NCBI GenBank assembly: GCA_001643675.2
Contig: LSRY02000033.1
Location: forward strand, 1,052,906-1,116,905
DNA length: 64,000 bases
Direction: 5' to 3'
DNA from: Monocercomonoides exilis PA203
Lineage: Eukaryota; Protista; Preaxostyla
The notes under the pieces were generated by a model. The model ran no database searches, had not been told where the DNA came from, and saw nothing but the letters and a program-made list of their open reading frames with translations. Positions within the stretch are counted from its first letter, which is position 1. The number at the start of each line of letters is the position of its first letter. A program made the translations under genes and the position numbers. This document shows, piece after piece, positions 1 through 12,400 of this stretch.

Positions 1-1477
1 TCTGGCAGATGTTGATGACGAAGAGACTGAAGGCGACCGGCCTCTCTGCTGCGAAGAGGACGAGGCAGGCGATGAGACCAGTGAGAACGAGGTGCCTCCT
101 CTTGCTTCTGCTCTCCTTCTCATCCGTTCCTGCTCTGCCTGCTCTTCTGCCTCTTGTACACGCAGCAGGGCGAGCTCGCTGGAGAAGACGCGAATGCGCT
201 TCATCTGCTGCTCGATGGCATCGCCTGTTTCGATCAGCTCGGCCTTCTTCTTTTCGCGCAGTTGGCGCAGCTGCGTGTCAGACAGCGAGGCAAAGCGAGA
301 CGAAGAGAAATGTGGATGCAGACGATGAGTGGACGAGGAGGACGAAAGAGTCGAACCGAATGCGCTGAATGAGGGTGTGGCTGAGAGAGTGGCTGAAGAT
401 GTTGTTTGGAGAGATGCTGATGAGGGTGATTCAGCCACACCATTCAAAGAGGCAGTCGATGAAGACTGTCTCGAATGTGAAACAGTCTTCTTTTTCTTTG
501 CCAGTCGAGGTATTTTCGATGGCTTTGGCGATGACACAGATGACACAGACGAGGCAGATGAGGCAGAAGGTGTAGCTGCCACTTTTGATTGTGCTTCTGC
601 TGAGTCTTCTGCTGCATGTGTCTCAGCTGTTTCCTTCTTCTTCTTCTTCTTCTTTTTCTTCTTTTTCTTTGTTGTTGTTGTTGATTCTGCAATCGGAGTT
701 ATATCTTCTATTATCACATCTATTTCCTCTTCTTCCTCCTCTTTTCTTTTCTTTTCCTCTTCTTCTTCTTTCTTCTTCTTCTCTTCTTCTTCTCTTCTCT
801 TCCTTTCCTCCTCTTCTCTTTTAATCCTCTCTTCCTCTTCCTTTTGTTTTCTTTCTTCCTCTTCTCTCTTAATTCTTTCTTCTTCCTCCTTCTTTCTCCT
901 CTCTTCTTCCTCTTCCTCTTTCCTCTTCCTTTCCTCTTCTTCTTGTTTCTTTCGTTCTTTTTCTTGTTTTTTCTTTAACTTCAACTCAAGCCTTTCTTTT
1001 CTTTTCTTTTCTCTCTCTTCTTTTCTCTCTTTCTTCTTTCTCTTCTTCTCTTCTTCCTCCTCTTCTTTCTTCTTTCTTTCCTCTTCTTCTTTTTGTCTTG
1101 CCTCTTCTTCCATCTTTCTCTTCTCTTCTTCTTCCTCTTTTCTTTTCTTTTCTGCCTCTTCTTCTTCCTTTCTTTTCTTTTCTTCCTCTTCTTTTCTTTT
1201 TCTCTCTTCTTCCTCTTCTTCCTTTCTCTTCCTTTCCATTTCTGCTCTTTCTTCTTCTTCTCTCTTTCTTCTTTCTTCCTCCTCTTCCTCTTCTTTCTTC
1301 TTTTTCTCATCTTCAATTCTCTTCTTTTCCATTTCTTCTTCTTCCTTTTGCTTTTGCTTTGCTTTTTCTGCCATTTTCATTTTTAACTCATCAACAATAG
1401 ATTGTGCAACAGTGTTATTTCTGCCTTCTGAATTTGCTTCTGTTGAATTATTTTTTTTCTCCTCCTCCTCCTCCTCT

Positions 1478-1512
<35 letters not shown>

Positions 1513-3050
1513 TTCCTCTTCTTCCTCTTCTTCCTCTTCTTCTTCCTCTTCTTCTTCCTCTTCTTCCTCTTTCTTTTCTTCTTTCTGTTTTTTGGCAGCT
1601 GCTATTTCACTCTCTGCTTTTGATGCATTTGTGTCTTTCGAAGAGAAAGCATTATCATTTGCACCTGAAGCTTTCTTTTCTTCTTTTTCTTCCTGTTTTT
1701 GTTTGTTTCTATCCTCTTTAACTTCTTCCTTATGCTCTTCTTCTTCTTCTTCTTCCTCTTCCTCTTCCTCCTCTTCCTCCCCTTCCTCCTCTTCCTCCTC
1801 TTCCTCTTTTTCTTTTTGTTCTTTCTTTTCCTCTTTTATCTCCTTTTCCTTTTCGGCTTTTTGTCCGCTTTTTGGCATCTCAGCATCTGGCCTTTCTTTT
1901 CCATCTTCATTTTCCTGTTTTTGCTGATCAGAAGATATTTCTGTTGTTCTTGAAGCATTTTCATTGTTTTCCTCTTCTCTTTCATTTGTCCTTTGTGAAG
2001 ACGATGACGAGCTGTTTCCTGCTTTTTCGGTTTCTTTTGAATAATTATTCGCATTCTGCTTTTCTTTCTCTTTTTTTTCTTTCTCTCCTTCCCCTTCCTC
2101 CTCCTCCTCCTCCTCTTCTTCTTCTTCTTCCTCTTCCTCTTCCTCTTCTTCCTCTTTCTCCTTCTCCTTCTTTTCCTCTTTCTCCTTCTCTTTCTCCTCC
2201 GGTTTTTCATTTCTCTTATTTTGATCTCGAAGAGATTCAGATTCATTTGCATTTTGCTGTAAATTCGCATCTATCTTAACTTCATCCTTTCCCTCCTTTT
2301 TTTCTTTTCCTTTATTTTCTTCCTTCTCTTCTTCTTCTTCCTCCTCTTCCTCCTCCTCCTCTTCTTCTTCTTCTTCATTTTCTTTTCCACTTTCTTTTTT
2401 TTCATTGCTCGACGAATTGTTTCCATTGTTTTTAACTTCATCATGATTGCTTTCTCTGTTCTCGCTTGAATCTGAAGAACTGGAAGACTCTTCTGGATGG
2501 CCATTATTTGAAGTTAAATTATTGCTATTTGCGTTTTCATTATCATTTTGTTGAGTGTCGTTTTGAGTTGAAGAAGATGAATCACTACTATTTGCATCTA
2601 CTCCACTTAATTGAGGTGTAGAATTATCAATTGTTGAATTTTCATCTGAATTAGTTGAAACGTTTCCTGTCTGTTGTACAACTTGATCTGATGGAACGTC
2701 ATGAGGTAATTCCTCTGAATTTGATTGAGAAGAATCTTGTTTTGGCTTTTCAGAAAGAGGGTTATCTAAATCAAACAAATAATTTGAAAATATCATTTCA
2801 AACAAGAAGATCAAAATTAATCGCCATTTAGTTATTTACAAAGATTCACGTGAAATTAAAAAAAAATACAATATTCAAAATTCACTGGTGATTAAGTCCA
2901 GAAATAAATATAAAATTCAAACCATTGATGGGAACATCTGGAACTTCAGCTGGGGTACTCTGCTCCTTGGAATTCTAAAATAATTAATAATGTTATAAAA
3001 ACAAGCTCAATATTTAATTGCAAAAACATTAAACAAACCGTGCACCCCAT
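1..3050 (-). CDS. Large Glu/Lys/Ser-rich low-complexity coiled-coil protein with N-terminal MGC dual-acylation motif; 3' end lies outside the window
   Basis: ATG at 3050 gives MGCT. GT-AG introns at ~3038-2974 and ~2921-2767 give MGCTNSKEQSTPAEVPDVPINDNPLSEK. The frame then appears open to position 1 (EEEKRKEEE runs). The + strand poly-S/F ORFs are its antisense shadow. Confidence 0.8.
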
Positions 3051-3219
3051 TGAAATTCGTGAAATGATATAATATGGGACTATTTTCGAATTTTTTTCAA
3101 CAGCATTGCTAACATTTTTGTAAAATTAAAAATTATCTCCTTTGAATTAATAACAATAATTGGTTCCTACGCCCATATAAAAAAATAATAAAAATCTTCA
3201 AAAAACTTATTTGAAATTA

Positions 3220-4308
3220 ATGGCTTGCTCTGCTCCTTCTTTTGATGTAGCCGGAGATTTCGTTTGCAAATAATATTTTATTAAATGATATTATTTTATT
3301 TATTTTTGGTGATTGTTTTCTTTTTGGTGCTTTTCAATATTTTAAGTTTGTTCGACGCTCAGAGAAAGTATCACAACAATTTAAGACAATAAAAATTAAA
3401 TTTGATGATTATGTGAAAAGTCTTGCTGCGCCACGAGAGAAGCTTTCTGCATTACTTGCAACTATTGAAGGATACACTGATAGTATATTTTAATATTTTC
3501 TCAATTCACATTCAATAAACTTTTTTAATAATCATATTCAGCTGAAGCCACAGATACTCAAAGCCTTATTACGCATTTTGCCCAGTCAATAAAAGCTTTG
3601 GATGAGATGCATGCTTCGGTGGTTCAATCACTTCAAGTAACTGCAAGCACTCTTTTAAAATATGGTGCCCACGCAAAATCTACAAAAGCATGCGTTTTTT
3701 AATTTGTCTTTTTAAATTTGTTTTCATCTGGCAAATAGGATACGATGGATGCGAGATCACAGGCAATCAAAACGTTTGAATCAAAAGATGCAACACTTAA
3801 AAAAGAGAAACAAAAAAATGCAACTTCACAAAAGGCTGTTCAAGCGCAACAAGAAGCTTTCAAAGCGAATCAGGATGCACAGACTCGGTGCACGATGGCG
3901 CATAAGCAAATGAAAGAGCTCGAAGCAACAAGAGTCAAAGATATCAAGCAGATTGTAAATGATACGGCCATTGCAGCAATGCATTATCATTGTCGTGCAA
4001 TAGAAATGATGACAGATATGTGCAATGCAGAGGCAAGTGTGGATGTTGATAAGCAGCTGCAGACAATAAGTCAATGGCTCAAGCAGCTGAAAAGCATGGA
4101 TGGCTCAATGGACGTTGATGATGGAGCAACAACTGGAAGCAGAGCAGCTGGTGCTGCTGGCACAGACAACGATTCAGATGACGATGATGACGACGATGAT
4201 GATTCAGATGATTTGTCACGAAGAGGTCGGCCATCATCATCATCATCTTCTTCTTCTTCTTCTTCTTCAAGTCAGCTATCTTCTTCAAAAAGAAAGAAAA
4301 AGCCTTGA
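3220..4308 (+). CDS. FAM92/CIBAR-family BAR-domain protein (ciliary transition-zone type), 4 exons
   Basis: Spliced reading FVRRSEKVSQQF..LAAPREKLSALLATIEGYTDTE..LLKYG..LEATRVKDIKQIVNDTAIAAMHYHCRAIEM..VDVDKQL parallels FAM92 ([37 protein letters not shown]). Acidic/Ser tail. Confidence 0.75.
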
Positions 4309-4742
4309 AACAAACATATTAAATTATGAAATATCTCTTTTTATTTAAACAAGATTAGTGTTTTAAATAGACTTTCTTATGTTTTGTTGTGAATCGCATA
4401 GAAAAAAAAATCATAATCATTTCAAAACTCGGGCTTATTATTTTTATTTTAAATTTTTAAAAAAATTGAAATTATTCACGAAAAACTGAAAAAAAAGAAA
4501 AAGAAAAAGATGCTTACAATGAACAAAAGGCAAAAAGACTGCATAAACACATTTTGTGAATGCATAACGATAAATCAAATGCTAACTCATTGAAATAAAT
4601 AACGATGTAGTTGAAAAAAAGTAATAATTTTTCTAGCTAATTTGTGAAAGAGGTTATCTGTAGATGAGATTAAAGAAGAAGTCGAAAATGAAGAAGAAGA
4701 AGAAGAAACAACAAAAAAAGAGGATTTAAACGCAATTTCAGT

Positions 4743-7681
4743 TTAAATTGGTTTTGTAGAGTATCCAAAAGAGGGGCCTGGCTGAGTTACTGGGCGAGGA
4801 ATCGAACGAGACGAGTCGGCAGAAAGAGGAACCGGCTGGCGATGGGCAAAGGAATGGAGAGGGTTGCTGTGGAGAGAGGAAGATGGCGGAGAAGAAGATA
4901 GAGAAGACAGAGAAGAAGAGAAGGAGGACGAGGAAGAGGAGGAAGTGTCGACAAATAGATACGGCTGTGTGGTGATTGATTCTGTCTCAGGAGACGGCAG
5001 GGCGGGTGGGTCAGAGAGATGGCATGCGTTCTCTTCACTCGCAGGAGACTGTCTCAGCTGGTCGTTGTGCGGCCTGTCTGCGACAAACGAGGCAGACGAC
5101 GGGTGAAGTGGAAGAGGTGCATTGAGTGAATGTGAAAGAGGCGAGCGAGGAAACGTCGAAGTGTGCGACTCTACAGACAGACGCTCGCCGTCGATGTGGA
5201 GAAGAGAAGAGGCGATGGATGAACGTGTTGAGATGGATGAAGAAGAAGAAGAAGATGATGATGATGATGATGAGGGAGAAGAAGAGGCAAATGAGGAAGA
5301 GGAAAAGCCAGAGGAGGAGGAAGAAGAAGATGGCAAAACAGGAATGGTGACAGACTCCTTCCACGATGAAGGGCCAGCAGAGCGTCTTGAGATTCTTGTT
5401 GTCTGCTGCTTTGTGGCTGAAGACGATGTGTTTGAGTGAGATGCATTCAGCGCAGTGGACAAGACGGTGCTTGGCCGAGTGAATGGCGCAGAGGAGCGGT
5501 CAGAGAAAGAGAGAGGATTTGCCTCGTCGGAAGAGAAGTGTGTTGTGTGGCCGTCGCCCAACTTGGGACAAGAGTCGTCGTCGTTGCTGGGCGTGTCCAT
5601 CAGGTCCATCCGCACAGCCGCCTTCGACTTCTTCGCCAGGTCTGTCGGGCGGGCAAAGGAGTGTGCTGATGTCGTGCCTGGTGTGAATGAAGAGAACGAA
5701 GAGGACGTCACAAAGCCATCTGCCCGAAGAGGAGACTGCGACGTGACACGAGTGGAGCGACGGACACTCCGATTGCCTTTGCGCTTCTTCTTTTTCCTGC
5801 GCTGTGCATCATTTGGTGGGCTTTTGGTTGACAGCTGTCGAGCAACAGGGGAGAAGTCAGAAGAAGACGAGGAAGAGGACGATCTTGTGGATGCAGCACT
5901 TTGGATGTTATCGTCTTCGCTGAAATATGAATGTGATTGTCTTCCACGAGACTTCGTTTTGTTTCTGTCTTTGGCGCCTTTCTTCTTTTCTCTCTCGCTC
6001 TTCTCTGTGTGGCCAGCATCATTCACATCGGCAAGGAACTTTTCCAGTTCTTCGTCTGCAAGAAATTCGTCATTGCTTCTTCCATCTTCTTCCTCATAGC
6101 CATCTTCATCCTCTTCGCCTGCATCATCGACTTCATCACCTATCACCACATCCCCCTCTTCCAATAAAAGCTCAATGTCATCGTCGTCGAATGATAGCTT
6201 TGACATGCTGAAGGAGTCGATCACCAGCTTCAGACGGACAGCAGATGCAGCAACAGCAGCAGCACACATGCTGAGGAGAAACAGGAAGTCAAACACGACA
6301 GCGACAATCAGAAGAGCTGCGTTCGGTTCAGGTGTCTCAGTGAGTGTTGACAGCGACTGATGAAAAGATATCTTTGAACTCTGTGTGATAGACAATAAAG
6401 AAGAAGAATTCTTTGCATCAGAAATGAATTGTGCTTTTGAGGTAGTTGTAGTTGTACGAAATGAATGAATATTTGTCTGAAAAGATGTTGTAAGTGAATA
6501 AATATTAATGAATGTTTTCAATGAAATGTCAGATTGTTGTTCTTCATCTTCTGCTGTCTCGGAATGACGATCTGTAAACAAAACAATTGAAGATGCACCA
6601 GTTGCAGCTAATCCAATAGCAACGATCAAAGCAACTCCGACAATCACTTCACTGCTCATAATTTTGGCTCCCGTTACTGTTTTTTTGTTCCTTAGCATAT
6701 GTATCAATCCCACAGTTAATAGAGCAAATGAAAATATCCACAATATTATAAGAAATGCAAGAAGCAAAACATTTCGCTTAATAAGAACGGAAAAAAATAT
6801 AGAGAACATGAGATTTGGCACAGAAAATAATGACATTAATTGAAGAGGAACTAAAATGAGATACAGCAGAAGAGAAATAATGCCTGAAAGTGAAAATGAA
6901 TTGAGTAAAAAAGTGTTCCCGAGATGAGTTTTAACAGAGCTCAATGTTAGAACTCCAACAATCGACGATAAGAGAGAAAGAACCATTGAAGAAACATGAA
7001 AAATGATAAGTATTATATTCTCATTATCAGACATTTCAACTCCATTTAAATACAAAACTTGAAAAAGAGTGAAGAAAGAATTGAATCCTGTCCATAACGT
7101 TATTATGAATGTGGATATTGTCCCAATTAAAAAGCATATATTTTTTGTCTTATTTTTCCAGCTGGATTTTTGAGCAACAATACCAAACGGAATGAGTGAA
7201 CCAAATATAAATATGGCAACAGGTATAGCCAAATTGCATCGTATGAATGTTATGGTTAAGCCGTGCTGAACAAACAAAAGAATTGAGAGCAACAAAGTAA
7301 TTACTGTTAAAGAAATTGATCTCTGCAGAAATGAACGTGAAGACTGAGGAGCTGAATTGTAATATAATATACAATTCAAAACAGTTTTAATACTCCTATA
7401 ATTTAATAAAAATCTGTAGCAAACTTTGAAATGAGTTAAGTTCGAGAAACATTGCATTAAATATAATTGAAGGTAAAAATAAATGACTGTCTTGCTATCT
7501 TTCTCAATGTCAAAAAAGCTGTGAATGTTCTTAATATGTGCTTTGTCCTTATCTGCACCAACAGCCCTCTACCTTGTGAGTATCGCTCAAGGTAATGATT
7601 ATATTTACAATAATGGAAAAGTAGCCCAATACAAATTTTTATGATGAACTGATCATTATGAACTATTAATTTTCTTCGCAT
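4743..7681 (-). CDS. Multi-pass membrane protein (~8 TM) with long Ser/Pro-rich disordered C-terminus; start and 5' exons uncertain
   Basis: 904 aa ORF 4743-7457 has ~8 hydrophobic segments, then an acidic and S-rich tail. Upstream AT-rich exon/intron structure not fully resolved. Confidence 0.7.
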
Positions 7682-7789
7682 ATGTGATAAAGTTTTCAGA
7701 TGAATTTAATCTTAAGAGATTTGAAAGAACATTTCGCATAAAATTCAAGCTTCGCAATTTTTTATCTTCTATTTGGCCAAAGATAATTC

Positions 7790-9291
7790 ATGGGTTTGCT
7801 TTTCTATTTGTAGCAAACAGATTATTGAAGTATTTTTTTTATTAGCACGAACAAAAGTTTTCTCACGATGTCTTTTACAGACAGCAAATTTATTTTTCCT
7901 CATTTTTGGTGGCATTATCCTTGGATTTTCGATCACTTATCTTGCTAAAAGAAACTCTGCTATTCCTGCTTATGTTATTTCAATTGTTGGAAGCTCTATA
8001 TTAATAGTTCTTTCATTGATTGGTTGTTGCGGAGCTGCGTATGATTCTTCATATTTAATTATTTTTTAAACATTTATTTCTATAAAAGTTATTCTTCTGA
8101 AGATCATTCAAAGAGATTGTCTTGCCTCGTGATTTATTCACTCGTCAGCTTTTCTCTAATGGGAGCTTTTCTTGCAATTGGGATGATGGGTTCTATTTTC
8201 CCTGATATTCGAAGGCTTTGGATGGCAGAGCTGAATTATGATCCTGCCAAAGCCAAAGCACTCTCAACAGCAATTGAAAGCGAAAAAATTAATTTCATCG
8301 CAGAAACAGCGCAAAAGCCTGCTATTCTTGCTATTCTTCTTTATGGTTTTGCGGCTGTTTTTCTTATTGTCAGTCTTTTGAGTGGTTCAATAATGGGAGG
8401 CAAAAATTACATGAAGGTATCCGATTGATTTTAAAATTCAAAGCTTTATTTAATGTTTGAATTTTTACAATTATTTTTGCTCTCTTATTATTTTGCATTT
8501 TTCATAGACTCTTCTGTCTCTTGGATCGGTTACGGAGATTGTTCTTGGAGCAATCACATTTGTGGTTGGAATATATTTATTTTCGCGATGTGTGACAACA
8601 TAATTGTTTTTATTAAAAGAATTAGAATTATTTAAAAATTAATAAATTTATATTTTTCTTTCTTTTTCTCTCAGATCGTATCGCTCATACAGGAACAACG
8701 AAGACATTAGCAATAATACTAACCATCGCAGGCAGTGTTATCATCATTCTTGGTGTTATGTCGCTCCTTTCGTCAATCAGAGTGGACAAGTCGGTGTTTC
8801 TGCGAATTCTCGCTCTAATAACTGCCTTCTTGATTTGTGCTGGGGCTGTTGCGGGAGGAGTGATGGCGCTTGTTTCGAGTGCCCAGCTGAACACGCCTGA
8901 GCAGAGAGAGAAGATTAAACAGTGGATGCAGCGGATGTGCGTCACTAACTCACCTTCAGTGAAAGGCGTCTGCCAAAGAATGGCAGACAGAAGAGTCGTC
9001 ACATCTGTTGTGGATGCTCTGCTGACAAACATGAAGATCGTAGGTATTGTTCATTCTTTGTTTTAACTTTGATAATTTATTGATAAACTTCATCTTTTCA
9101 ATACTCATAATATTTTTAAAGGTTTCTCAATGCTGTTTTATGCCTCTTTCATGCTGTTGATGTTTGTGTTGTTGTGTGCTTCGTTTTGCTGCAATTGGCA
9201 GCGCAGTGACGAAGAATATAGTTATCGCCAACGAAAAGCTCGAAAGAGAGATATTGCGGCTGTATTAAGTCCATATTCATATGACGAATAA
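7790..9291 (+). CDS. Tetraspanin-like membrane protein with two tandem 4-TM modules
   Basis: ATG G|intron|CA gives MARTKVFSRCLLQTANLFFLIFGGIILG..LSLIGCCGAAYSSEDHSKRLSCLVIY, the tetraspanin TM1-TM3 signature. GT-AG splicing continues into a second 4-TM block ending SPYSYDE* (TAA 9289-9291). Confidence 0.65.
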
Positions 9292-9481
9292 ACATTTTTA
9301 ATATCATGTGATTGTCATGTTGTATTTTTCAAATTTTGCATTGAAATTCTTTCATAAACTTATTAGTTAACTTTTAAAATGTATGTATTATATTTTTAAT
9401 GCAAAAATTGAAAAAGTTACAAAGATAAGTATTGTTGTTATGGTAACAAAGATCAAGGCAAAACAAATATCTCAAATTTTG

Positions 9482-12400
9482 ATGGATTATTCTGACTATT
9501 ACTTCCAATCTGTTGCTCTAAAATTTCCGGAAGCAATTAGAAAGAGACCTGTTCCACTTGTTTTTATGATTGGCCTTTCTGACATTGGAAAGTTGATCTT
9601 TGGCGATAGCTATCATCCTGATTCGAATACCACTATTCGTTTTGAATTTAAAGGTCTTGATATTTCAATTCAACGAAAACCAAAGAAAGAAACATTTGAG
9701 AAGCCTCAATATGAAAGTTATGGTGTTTTAAAGTCAAGATGGTTTGAAAAGCATACAAAATCCATTCCATCAGGCATGTGTTACTATTCACATTTAACGT
9801 CTTCAAAGCGATTAATTTGATTAAATTTAATCTTTTATTTTCTCACAGTCATTGTATTTTTGGTTCAGGGCATTGACTCTGTTTCAGAAGCTTCCATCAA
9901 TGAATTTGAAACCTCGGTAGTCATGAGTCTTGCTAGAATTAAGTATATTTCTACCACTTGAAGTAAATTTTGAATCTTTAATATTTTTAATTTATTTATT
10001 TTTAGAGAACAAATGAAAAGTCACATCACAACACACTTTTGTAAAATAATGTGTTTTGTAATTCAATCAAAGCCATTAAGTATGCACTTATTTTATTAAT
10101 TATATTTGTATTATTTTTGCGGAAAATTGTACAGGCGAGCAGGACAAAAATGAATTTTTAAGAAGATTGAAACAAAAGCCAGAACTTGATCCTATCTTTA
10201 TCATTTCCGCAACAGAGCCACAATCGCAAAAAGAAAAGTGTGTACTTCTGCTTCACTATTATATGAAATTATTATTGTTGTGTTATTCCGAAAAATTATT
10301 TATAATACAATAAATAAATAAATAGATATCTTTCACAAATAGCTTCTCTTGCAAAACAACATTATTCTGCAGCAGCTAAATCATATAAAAACTTTATGAT
10401 CGCGGCAGACAAAGCACAATTATACATTCTTAAGAGTCGGTATGAAATCTTTTTTGAAAAAGAATTCATCTGTAATTTCATAAAAATGCTTTATTGTGTA
10501 ATTTTCACTTTGTTTTGCAGATATGCCATAAAACGTGCTTTCTTTATGGAAATTCTTTCTGATACAACACGTGCTATAAAGTGTGTTTCTTTTATTGTCA
10601 AATATTTTGCTATTCATAAATGATTTTTATTTGTATTTCTCTTTATTTTCTTTACACATTTTTAACATGTCAATTTAATTATTTTTCTTAACTTCTGAAA
10701 ATCATGTTATTTTCTTGGGTGCATCGATTTTTGTAGGAATTATGAGATAGCAAATCAATCATTAAACTACGCAAACATTCCAGCTACTGAATATTTCACT
10801 CTCAAAAACTACATTGGATACAAGGTATTTTCATTATTCATTCGCATTTTATTGTTGTGGTTGCTTATTTATAAAATATTTTGTATCTATTTTTATTTTT
10901 TGTTGTTGTCTGTTCACTTCCACTTTTATTTATTTATTTATTTCTGTTATTCTCTGATGTTATTAAAAGATCATGGCTCTGACACGACTTATGTATCCAC
11001 CTCCTCTGGCCTCTCTTCCGTCTGCCTTCAGCTATTCATCCTCAATCCCTCGTTCCACCCTCTTTTCTTCTCTCTTCGAATTCCACCGGAGACACATTTC
11101 AGCCGCGTCTGCCCGCAAAATCCCGCCCGTCTTTGCCTTTCTCCTCCACCTCTTTCTTGCCACCCAGCGCCGCATGTTTGCTGAGATCATTCGCGAAGTG
11201 TTTGTCGGCGCTGACATCGGCTTCGGACCTTCTGACACGAACATCCCACGCGCACTGACAGTCCCCCTCACTTTGTCCTCCACCTCTCCTTCTCCACACC
11301 CCTTCGAGATTGAGCCCTGGTACTATCTCTTCCTCTCTGCCTACAACATCGTCACTTCCCGCACCACACTCAACCAGTTCTTTGCCTCTCCGTCTGTCGC
11401 ACCGAAGCTGGTGGCCTTTCCGCCCGACGCTGGCAACGCCATCCGGCGCTGTCTCGGCCCTGAGCTGTTCATCGGGCGCATCACACTCGCCGACGGCTCC
11501 TTCAGCGCACCCGAATTCATCACGATTTCCGAGTGGAAGCAGCCTGGGCGCTTTGTGGACGTGGCAGTGGCGCTGCTGGAGAGAGAGCGAAATCGGAGCG
11601 AGGAGGTTGTGATGCTGCTGAAGATGGCACTTTCCCAGCAGACACAACTGCATCCTCAGCACGCACGCATTCGGGTGCTCATTCATCAGCTGCTGGGAAA
11701 TGAGTATCTGAAGATGAGGAAGCATGCAGACAGTCTGTGCGAGCTGAGGAGGGCGCATCTTGGGCCTGTCTTTTGTGGAGACAGCGAGTCAGACAGCGAA
11801 GCACTCGGAGTGAGGGAGATTGTGCAGATGAAGTGGGAGAGCGAAGAGGAAGCAGCTGAAAATGAAAAGGAATCTGTTGAAGGAGAAAACAATGGCAATG
11901 CAGAAGAAGCCAGTGAAAAGAGAAAGCCAACACTTGAAACGATTCTTTTTGACAACTGTGGATCAGTCATGTCAATTCTGAATGACTCTGTTGTGTGCAT
12001 TAAGCCTCTTCCGTTTGAACAACCTCTTCCTTCTCCTTTGTGCTTCTATTCGTCTCCGCTGGCGTTGCTTCCTTCGCTTCATTCTGGTCGCATCTGCCAT
12101 TCGTCTCTGCCTCCTCCTCTTCTCTCTGCTTCTTCTTCTGCTGCTGCTGCTGCACCTTCCTCTTTCTCTGCAAGTGCATCGTCATCTGAGAACAAGCAGG
12201 GTGTCTCGTCTGCTGCTGTTGTGCTGAGAGACGGGCGGTGGGGCACACTCACATCGAATGCACTCACAAAAGCCAGACTGGATGTGGCTGAGATGGGCGA
12301 CTCGAAAAGCCAAATTGCAATTTTGCTGCGTTTGCTGGCTGACTGTGGAGTGTCTGCGAGGAAGATTCCGCAGGTGTATGAGAACATTCTGAGCATCATC

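Noticed and set aside
329-2279. + strand poly-Ser/Phe ORFs (532 aa and others)
   Set aside because: Antisense shadows of the E/K-rich minus-strand gene.
3688-3738. Possible GC-AG intron in FAM92
   Set aside because: An in-phase GT donor 6 nt downstream explains it equally well.
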